From: a virus
Taxonomy: Duplodnaviria; Caudoviricetes
Virus record (IMG/VR): IMGVR_UViG_3300037484_001104
Coordinates: 1 to 31,115 of that record
Length of the DNA stretch: 31,115 nt
Reading direction: 5' to 3' (one strand)
Shown here: in pieces, positions 1 through 6,412 of the stretch
How positions within the stretch are numbered: position 1 is the first letter of the stretch
Layout of the letters: each line of letters starts with the position of its first letter
The notes under the pieces: generated by a model
What the model saw: only the letters and a program-made list of their open reading frames with translations
The model's database searches: none
What the model was told of the DNA's origin: nothing
Made by a program: the position numbers and the translations under genes

Positions 1-126
1 TGCTACCGCTCTTTATGGCGATGCGCCCGTCGGCTCAGTCGGCGCGAGTACGCGCCGGGCAAACAAGCGGGCGTTCCCCCCTGCGCCCCCCAACGACCGG
101 CGCCGGGACTTTCGCAGGCCCACCCC
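1..126. repeat. Terminal direct repeat, copy 1 (circularity overlap)
   Basis: 1-126 is identical to 30967-31092, giving a unit length of 30,966 bp. Confidence 0.95.
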
Positions 127-717
127 GCCCCCCTGCCGCGTGGCACACCCCCCACCCCAAAACCCAAGCCATGCCCCCCACTAGCGGGGGGGCTGGCTTT
201 GGGTTTAGCAATGTGTGTCGAACCGCTCTCAGGGGGGCGGGGTTCTCCGGCCCACGGCGGACGAACACCGCCTACCGTTCGCTCCGCTCACTGGCCTACG
301 CCTGCGAAATCCCGAAAACAACGCCGGTATGGAAGGGATTTAATTAAGAGCACGGCGGCAAACGCGCCGGGAGGGCTCGCCCATATCGGCTCGCCACGGC
401 ATCCTGGAAGTATCGCCATTTCAACAGGTGCGGGGGCTGGTATTTAAAGCGCCCCCGCACTTCTCCCGGACAGGTGGCCGGGCTGTATCCGAACGCCCGC
501 CCACAACCGATAAAGATCAAAAGCCACAAGCGCACGAGCGCCGAAAAAGGAAGCCGGAAGAGCATCCGGCCAAGAGCATTTAAAGCCACGAACCAGTACA
601 TCGTATCCATTCAGTCGGGTGTGGCATCGTTGCCCTTGCCGCAAAGAACAAGAGCGCGGCAATTCCTTCTCAGCCCACCACTCCTTCATAGGGCGGGGCC
701 GGGCATGGCAGGCAGTC

Positions 718-853
718 GGGGCAAGCGCCACAAAAAACGCGCGCGGGGGGCTTGTGCCCGTTCACCCCTAAGAGCATGGGGTTCACTCCCCGCGCCGTTT
801 TTGTGAGAACGCGCTTGCCCCTTGCCAGGCGGCAACGAACAAGAGCGCCGCCT
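718..853. promoter_or_regulatory. Structured hairpin module A upstream of the SLOG/DprA-like gene
   Basis: 47-nt core 745-791 is 46/47 identical to 29995-30041. It is enclosed by inverted repeats 718-728/811-821 and 729-739/796-805, and followed by hairpin 827-853. Confidence 0.7.
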
Positions 854-949
854 TGTGCCTTTTTGCCATGCAGTATGGAAATTGGGCTGCGCGTTTTTTA
901 GCCCCGCCAATCTAAGCAAGCCCGCAAGCGGGCAAAGGTCAAGGTCATC

Positions 950-1474
950 ATGTCAAGTGTCTATTTCGGTGGTTCCCGCAATCTCCCCCAGTCCCCATTA
1001 GTCGGTCAGGTCGTTTCAGCCGTCATCGAGTCCGGCGCGTCTGTCCATGTTGGTTGTCAATTTGGGGCAGATCAGCAAGTCGCCACTTTTTCAGCCTGCT
1101 TTTATCCTTTGTCTCTCGTTGTTTTCGCAGTTCATGCCCGTGGCCTGGCATCATCTCATGTTCAAACCGCCGAAAATATCGGCGCGCGTGTTGTCTATTC
1201 CGCAGGTGGTCAAGGCGCGCCCATGCGTGCCCGTTATCTGCTCAGGTCCAAAGCTGCCTTTGCTGGCTGTTCTGCTGCTGTTTTCTTTGCCCCTGGTGCT
1301 GGCTCGCTAGCCGTTGCCCGCGAGGCCGTCAAGGCTGGCATCCCCGTATTCGCTTTTTGGGTGCAAGCCTATCCCCCCGCTCCCATCCCATCCACCCCCG
1401 GCCAGTGGGTGCGTTCTTCATTCGCTGGCTTTGGTTGCTGGCAGTTCCAGCCCGCCCAGGCTGGCTTAATCTAA
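950..1474 (+). CDS. SLOG-superfamily (DprA/Smf-like Rossmann fold) protein
   Basis: Motifs VYFGGSR, VGCQFGAD, RYLLRS, GSLAVAREAVKAGIPVFAF follow the SLOG/DprA pattern. Confidence 0.7.
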   Translation: MSSVYFGGSRNLPQSPLVGQVVSAVIESGASVHVGCQFGADQQVATFSACFYPLSLVVFAVHARGLASSHVQTAENIGARVVYSAGGQGAPMRARYLLRSKAAFAGCSAAVFFAPGAGSLAVAREAVKAGIPVFAFWVQAYPPAPIPSTPGQWVRSSFAGFGCWQFQPAQAGLI

Positions 1475-1489
1475 TCCTTTGGAGGTCCC

Positions 1490-1660
1490 ATGTTAAAAAC
1501 ACTCATAGCCGAGAAAAAATCACAGGGTTGGGCTTTATTCGATTTCAACTCAAAAGCGTTTATCCCCAACCCCCGCAGTAAATCGCGTTTGTTTCGCTCA
1601 TATGAGTCCCTGTGGCAGTTTGCCAAAAACAAATACAAAAATCTTGCTATCCTGTCGTAA
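1490..1660 (+). CDS. Small hypothetical protein, 56 aa (MLKTLIAEKKSQGW...)
   Basis: GGAGG at 1481, ATG 1490, TAA ending 1660; below the ORF-track cutoff. Confidence 0.65.
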   Translation: MLKTLIAEKKSQGWALFDFNSKAFIPNPRSKSRLFRSYESLWQFAKNKYKNLAILS

Positions 1661-1714
1661 CCACCCTAGCCCCTGCCCGCTTAGGGCAGGGATCCAAAAA
1701 AGGAGACCCTACCA

Positions 1715-2005
1715 ATGTTCCCCCCCGATAACCCCACATCCGCCCCTATCATCCTGTCTTGCTGGTTCTGGTCGAACGGCTGGAAAGAAGGCCGAATCGA
1801 AGAGGCTTACGCAGCCAGCCAAACAGCCGTAATCACGCCTCGCAATTCTCTTGCGTCACTGGTCGTTGAGTTCAAGCACATCAGAAATGTGAGCCTGCAA
1901 TATGGCTTTTCTGGTGAGGTGCTCGAGTCCTTCGGCAGTCCACGCACCGCTACACCCTGGCTGCTCGAGAGCCTGCCAGTATCAGCCTATGGGGAAATCT
2001 CATGA
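1715..2005 (+). CDS. Hypothetical protein
   Basis: AAGGAG RBS; ATGA overlap with the next gene. Confidence 0.7.
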   Translation: MFPPDNPTSAPIILSCWFWSNGWKEGRIEEAYAASQTAVITPRNSLASLVVEFKHIRNVSLQYGFSGEVLESFGSPRTATPWLLESLPVSAYGEIS

Positions 2006-2337
2006 ATTACCAAACCCTAGCCCAAGAAGCACTCAAACGCTGGCCCGATCTCGACCCCGCACGGCTCGAACGCGCCGTAGAAATCGCCGCCCGCCCAGGC
2101 ATGATTTACAACGCCCGATGTAACGCGGGAGAATTCGATGTTCGCAATAGCGCCGGGAATGGCTGGTACCACGTCAACACAAAATCCAAATCCTGCACCT
2201 GCCCTGATTCGCACAAAGGGCACGTGTGCAAGCACCGGCTAGCCTGCTGGCTATTTGTCGAGGCCCGCACCCGCCCGGCAGCGCAAGCCCGCAGAGTAGA
2301 TACAGCCGTAATTATGGGGGAACTCGGTTATGCCTAA
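2002..2337 (+). CDS. SWIM zinc-finger protein
   Basis: YHV...CTCPD...CKHRLA is the SWIM CxC...CxH signature. Confidence 0.85.
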   Translation: MNYQTLAQEALKRWPDLDPARLERAVEIAARPGMIYNARCNAGEFDVRNSAGNGWYHVNTKSKSCTCPDSHKGHVCKHRLACWLFVEARTRPAAQARRVDTAVIMGELGYA

Positions 2338-2515
2338 ACAACTTACCACCGACGAATTGATCGAAGCCAGCCGAAAGGCGCGCGCCGAACTGCGCGAAGC
2401 GCTTGCAAGCCTTTTCACCACGATCGACATGGCCCGCGACCGCTTCCAGCAAATCAAAGAAGATGATTTAAACGCCAGGATGCAACCGGAAGAAAAAAAG
2501 GAATCCCTACCGTGA
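2330..2515 (+). CDS. Hypothetical helical protein
   Basis: Overlaps both neighbouring genes in an operon-like way. Confidence 0.65.
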   Translation: MPKQLTTDELIEASRKARAELREALASLFTTIDMARDRFQQIKEDDLNARMQPEEKKESLP

Positions 2516-3063
2516 AAAAGTGTTCTAAATGCGGAGCAGAAAAAGAACTAGGCGAATTCAAAAAAGATGCTCGCAGACCAGATGGACGAGGCTCATGGTG
2601 CAAATCATGCGAACATAAAGCCAGTGCGCAATGGCACGCGCTACACCCCGAAAAGGCACCCGCATACGATAAAAAGTATCGAGCAACACATCTAGAACAA
2701 CGCCAAGAGCAGCAGCGCGAAGTAGCCCGAAAATACCGGCAGAAACATCCTGAAAAAGTAAAGATAGCCCTAAAAAGATGGATTGCAGAACATCGAGATT
2801 ACAAACACGCAGAGAAACGAAATAGACGAGCGCAAAAGAGAACCAACGGCGGAGTCGTCACAGCCAAAGAATGGCAATCCATTCTAGACAAGTACAACCA
2901 TAAATGCCTAGCCTGCGGCAAAAGCGACGTGAAACTAACAATGGATCACGTAATACCAATAAAGCTAGGTGGACCAAACACCATCGACAATATACAACCG
3001 CTTTGCTCCACCTGCAATTCCCGCAAGGGTTCAAAACATATCGACTACCGCAAAAAACGGTAA
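2512..3063 (+). CDS. HNH endonuclease with N-terminal zinc finger
   Basis: CSKC/CKSC N-terminus; CLACG...MDHVIP..GG.N...N.QPLC..CN..K; A-rich relative to neighbours. Confidence 0.92.
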   Translation: MKKCSKCGAEKELGEFKKDARRPDGRGSWCKSCEHKASAQWHALHPEKAPAYDKKYRATHLEQRQEQQREVARKYRQKHPEKVKIALKRWIAEHRDYKHAEKRNRRAQKRTNGGVVTAKEWQSILDKYNHKCLACGKSDVKLTMDHVIPIKLGGPNTIDNIQPLCSTCNSRKGSKHIDYRKKR

Positions 3064-3082
3064 ACTAAAGAGGACAAGAAAA

Positions 3083-3526
3083 ATGAACACAAAGCCAATT
3101 CCCGATAATACGTTATTAGACGACCTGCACCCGGCCCGCTTCCTAAAGGTCGCAGACCTGCTGGAACGCTGGAAGGTCCAAAACGTGACCGTAGAAATTT
3201 CACGCATGACCCAGGAAGAGACCATACCCAACCCGCGCGACATCGACCCGCACACACACAAGCCAGCCGTGAAGGTTCAGCCCGTGCTTTACTTCAAGAC
3301 CAAGAGCGGCGCAGAATTCCCGCGCGGGTATCTTCTATCCGCCGCCGTGGACGTGGAGAGTCTCAAAGCATCCACCGGCGCCAGCACGGTCGGCGAACTG
3401 GTCGGAAAGAAGATCAAAATCCAGGTCGGAGAGCACAAGGGAAAGGCTGTGCTCAGAATATCGCCAACAGCACCAGAACATCCGCACCTGGAAGGATACG
3501 TAACCGACCAGAAAGTCCAGGAGTAG
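3083..3526 (+). CDS. Hypothetical phage protein, possibly ssDNA-binding or recombination-associated
   Basis: GAGG RBS before ATG 3083; HPARFLKVADL N-terminal motif and beta-rich body; function is a guess. Confidence 0.6.
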   Translation: MNTKPIPDNTLLDDLHPARFLKVADLLERWKVQNVTVEISRMTQEETIPNPRDIDPHTHKPAVKVQPVLYFKTKSGAEFPRGYLLSAAVDVESLKASTGASTVGELVGKKIKIQVGEHKGKAVLRISPTAPEHPHLEGYVTDQKVQE

Positions 3527-3531
3527 CAGCC

Positions 3532-3696
3532 ATGACCGACGCAGAGAAAGCACTTCGCGAGCTATGGACCCGCAAGGGAGTCCCCGAGGCCCGGCAGGAC
3601 GAGATCCTTGCAGACATCGCAGCAAAGGCCCAGCCAGGCGCGAGAATCGGCCCACTCACAATTCCAGAGAAGCCAGCGCAGCCGAGCCAAGAATAA
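3532..3696 (+). CDS. Small hypothetical protein, 54 aa (MTDAEKALRELW...)
   Basis: AGGAG RBS, ATG 3532, stop immediately before a terminator. Confidence 0.7.
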   Translation: MTDAEKALRELWTRKGVPEARQDEILADIAAKAQPGARIGPLTIPEKPAQPSQE

Positions 3697-3700
3697 AGAC

Positions 3701-3733
3701 AATCCCCCGCCCATATCGGCGGGGGATTTTTTT
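3701..3733 (+). terminator. Intrinsic terminator
   Basis: AATCCCCCGCC-CATATC-GGCGGGGGATT followed by a T run. Confidence 0.85.
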
Positions 3734-4040
3734 AGGACCGTACCGCCAGAAATGGCGAGGGTGACGTGCCCAAAAAATTTCGTTAAGCCCTATCGGGCTT
3801 CGCTTTCGCGGTCGAGGCCGAGAGCGGTTACAGTCATGCGGATGGTCTTGGCCTGGCTGACGGGCTCGGGTTTGGCTGGGCAACACCAGTAGGCACACGC
3901 CACTTAAGTGACCAGTCCTGTTTAGCGCCAGAGAGTCCCATCAAACCTGCCCATTGCCGCCCCACCCCTAGGCGGCAGAACATGGGCAGCGCCGCACCGC
4001 CCCTAGCCTTGCGGCGGGCGGCGGAACATCCCAAAAAACC

Positions 4041-4068
4041 TTGACACATTGCGCACATTGCGTATAAT
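4041..4068 (+). promoter_or_regulatory. Sigma70-type promoter of the xis-like gene (leaderless)
   Basis: TTGACA-N16-TATAAT with ATG 6 nt downstream; tandem CACATTGCG x2 covers the spacer. Confidence 0.8.
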
Positions 4069-4074
4069 ACGGGC

Positions 4075-4293
4075 ATGAACCAAGTAGAACATTTATCCAC
4101 CTTAGAAGCCGCCGAAGAACTGGGGGTATCCTATCGCACACTCCAACTATGGGTCAAGCAAGGGAAGTTTCCCAACGCGTACAAGCTCGACCCCGACGCC
4201 CTGAACTCCCCCTATCGCATCCCCCGCCCCGACGTCGAAGCCATCAAAGAGAAACGAAAGACAGGCCCCCTTGATCCCGATACACTCCCGTAG
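4075..4293 (+). CDS. Excisionase/MerR-like HTH DNA-binding protein
   Basis: LSTLEAAEELGVSYRTLQLWVKQGKFPNAYK...YRIP pattern; next to attP and int. Confidence 0.85.
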   Translation: MNQVEHLSTLEAAEELGVSYRTLQLWVKQGKFPNAYKLDPDALNSPYRIPRPDVEAIKEKRKTGPLDPDTLP

Positions 4294-4414
4294 AGCAATT
4301 AAAGCCAACATTTGGAAGTCCCTTTTGAAAGGGACCAGCCGCCCCACTGCGTGGACGGACTGGATACTAGCCGCAGCCGTGGCCGCCATTATCCTAAGTC
4401 TATTCTGGCGTTAA
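4271..4414 (+). CDS. Possible small membrane peptide, 47 aa
   Basis: TTG start; C-terminal hydrophobic stretch WILAAAVAAIILSLFWR; followed by a hairpin at 4421-4448. Confidence 0.3.
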   Translation: MIPIHSRRAIKANIWKSLLKGTSRPTAWTDWILAAAVAAIILSLFWR

Positions 4415-4520
4415 ACGCGAAGCGGGCCACTCTAGCCAGCGGCCCGCTCCAGTACGGCCAGACGTAAAGGTGATCGTAGCACCTTAACAATCTAGCTAGT
4501 GCCCCATTCTCAGGGGTACA

Positions 4521-4555
4521 GGGTGGGCGATGGGTTTCGAACCCACAACATCTTC
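4521..4555 (-). mobile_element. attP core: 3' fragment of a tRNA, probably tRNA-His
   Basis: Minus strand GAAG-ATGTT-GTGGG-TTCGAAA-CCCAT-CGCCCAC-CC gives a variable loop, T-arm and acceptor 3' strand with C discriminator; it abuts the int stop codon. Confidence 0.8.
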
Positions 4556-5380
4556 TTATGCAGTCAAGTTTTTGACCGGCAAGTAGGGCCGGACAGCTTC
4601 CAGGCTAACTGACTGTGTATAACGCTCAACCATTCCTATCGACGACCAACGCCCTCCAAGCTGGATCAACCGGCTGGGAGCGCCGAACACCGTTGCAATA
4701 GTAGCATAGGAACGTCGGAAATCGTGAGGAGAGAGCTTGATACCTATAGCCCGACCCCACTGTTTAACAATACTCTGCAAGCCTTCCCTTGTCAACTTAC
4801 GGCCAGAGCGTGTACTCACGAACAAAGCCCCTTCGCCCGGCTTCGCCCGGCGAAGCGCGAGCCAAGCCAATATGTATTCAGTAGTCTGGTCCGAGAATAT
4901 CCCAATCCCCCACTGACCACCTTTGACAACCACTTGAAGCACATGCCGGTCAAGGTCTGTATCGGCCAACTGTAACCGGCAGACCTCAGACACGCGCAGG
5001 CCTGTATCCAACAACGTAGCCGCAAGAGCCAGATCACGCGCCCCCTTCGGGTTCGACGCATCAAACCACATTAGAAGCTCGAGCGCCTTTTCAGGAGTAA
5101 GCACCCGCTGGGGCTTCGGTCGCTGGGATTTGATCCTAGCCGATAAAGCCGGATGACTCTGGCCATGGCGCCAGCGCAGAAACTTCCGGCAAGCCGCCAC
5201 CGCAAGACACTGCTGACTATTCCCCCACCCCTGAGATTGAACCAATTCCACAAGCCCCGACGCCGTCAGACCTTGCAGGTCTCGACCAGCCAATAACCGG
5301 GCAAAGACTCTTCGATAAGAGTCCTTCGTGGCTTCGCTGTAAGCGTGCGAAGCCAGAAATTCACCTACATCCTTTTCCAT
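4556..5380 (-). CDS. int: Tyrosine recombinase/integrase
   Basis: TGLRVSE, VKGG, HDFRR, GRW, ERY give the R-K-H-R-W-Y catalytic set; GGAG RBS. Confidence 0.95.
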   Translation of the reverse strand: MEKDVGEFLASHAYSEATKDSYRRVFARLLAGRDLQGLTASGLVELVQSQGWGNSQQCLAVAACRKFLRWRHGQSHPALSARIKSQRPKPQRVLTPEKALELLMWFDASNPKGARDLALAATLLDTGLRVSEVCRLQLADTDLDRHVLQVVVKGGQWGIGIFSDQTTEYILAWLALRRAKPGEGALFVSTRSGRKLTREGLQSIVKQWGRAIGIKLSPHDFRRSYATIATVFGAPSRLIQLGGRWSSIGMVERYTQSVSLEAVRPYLPVKNLTA

Positions 5381-5429
5381 TTTTTATCTCCATAGGTTAT
5401 CCCAGGCTCGGACGACCCCCAAGCCTGAT

Positions 5430-5516
5430 AACAGAAAGCCGCGCCGGGAACGCGGCCAAGTAACGCGCAGTCACCCGCTGGGGAGTCCCTACCACAGGAG
5501 ACCAGCGGGCGACTGC
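5430..5516 (-). ncRNA. Candidate ~87-nt antisense/leader RNA upstream of int
   Basis: TAGAAT -10 at 5528-5523; 15-bp stem 5467-5481/5502-5516 whose one mismatch is G-U only on the minus strand; terminator-like hairpin 5438-5456 followed by UUUCUGUU. Confidence 0.6.
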
Positions 5517-5573
5517 ATCTCAATTCTACACTATTTCAAAGTCCCGCCACGGCGGGAAAAGGAGACCCTACCA

Positions 5574-5756
5574 ATGTCTAAATCCCTCCCCATCGGTACC
5601 AAAGTCAAGGTATCGACCAATCACAACCGCAAGATTGGCGATGAAATCGAAATCGGCGACAGCAAAACCCAAGAGTCGATCAACATCGGCAAAGTGGTCA
5701 AGCTCATTCTGGCAGGAAGTTCAGTAATCGCCGTCATCGCACAGATCGTCAGGTGA
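5574..5756 (+). CDS. Hypothetical protein
   Basis: AAGGAG RBS motif; first gene of the rightward early operon. Confidence 0.7.
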   Translation: MSKSLPIGTKVKVSTNHNRKIGDEIEIGDSKTQESINIGKVVKLILAGSSVIAVIAQIVR

Positions 5757-5760
5757 AGCC

Positions 5761-5898
5761 ATGGGTAACGAAAAAAAACCAATCCTTCATTTCAAGGCAA
5801 GCGGACCAGGATGCGAAGCAGTGGTAATTGGCTTCATGATCGTAGTACTGATCCTTACAGTGGTTCGTATCCTGGCTATTTCCAACATACTCAAATAA
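5761..5898 (+). CDS. Small membrane protein, 45 aa
   Basis: AGGT RBS; hydrophobic stretch VVIGFMIVVLILTVV. Confidence 0.55.
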   Translation: MGNEKKPILHFKASGPGCEAVVIGFMIVVLILTVVRILAISNILK

Positions 5899-5909
5899 GG
5901 ACTGCCACC

Positions 5910-6140
5910 ATGCTCTACCACATTCAAATCATACGCAACAAGGCACAGATCGAGCAGCCAGGTTATCAGACCCAGCAATACACCCCGGAAGAACTGGCAG
6001 CCGTGATCGCCAACACTACCCACCCGTTCAGGCGTTTGGCCGCGCTACGCGCAGCCAAACGCCTGCTTGAGCGCCATCTAAATCCGGTCTCGCTTCCAGC
6101 ATTTCTCACCCGGAGAAAGGAGTCATATAGGCCCAAATGA
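5910..6140 (+). CDS. Hypothetical protein
   Basis: AAGGA RBS before ATG 5910; ATGA overlap with the next gene. Confidence 0.65.
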   Translation: MLYHIQIIRNKAQIEQPGYQTQQYTPEELAAVIANTTHPFRRLAALRAAKRLLERHLNPVSLPAFLTRRKESYRPK

Positions 6141-6412
6141 ACCCCCGTGAAACCGCCGTGCTCGCAGCCGTCCAAGGACACTACGCCCGGTACGGCGTGC
6201 CCCCCACTATCCGCTACATCATGCGGCGGACCAATATCCCCAGTTCGGACACAGTTTTTTATTATTACAAAAAACTGGTCCAGGCGAAAGAGATCGTGCT
6301 CGCTGGGAGTCCCGGCTCCCAGCGCAAGCCGGTCCCCATATCCATATTCAATTTGATTACCAAAAAGGAGACCCTACCAAATGTCACAACAAGACTTGAA
6401 CCCACAGAATAA
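6137..6412 (+). CDS. LexA-type winged-HTH DNA-binding domain protein with no peptidase domain
   Basis: RETAVL...YGVPPTIR.I.....I.SSDTV.YY.KKL resembles the LexA N-domain. Confidence 0.75.
   Translation: MNPRETAVLAAVQGHYARYGVPPTIRYIMRRTNIPSSDTVFYYYKKLVQAKEIVLAGSPGSQRKPVPISIFNLITKKETLPNVTTRLEPTE

Noticed and set aside
15-919. ORF-track ORFs in the hairpin-rich regions (also 10884-11813 and 29618-30964, except the 30178 start)
   Set aside because: Mostly Pro/Arg/Ala-rich translations of GC-rich palindromic DNA without an RBS; treated as non-coding, though 10884-11090 cannot be excluded
2512-3063. HNH as a terminase-associated packaging nuclease
   Set aside because: It lies about 9 kb from terS in an early operon with atypical composition, so a mobile homing-type HNH is more likely
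4521-4600. Complete tRNA gene
   Set aside because: Only the 3' portion is present; the D-arm and anticodon positions are occupied by int coding sequence
4556-5380. Integron integrase explaining the attC-like site
   Set aside because: At 274 aa it appears to lack the IntI-specific insertion before the HxxR motif, and it sits next to a tRNA-type attP
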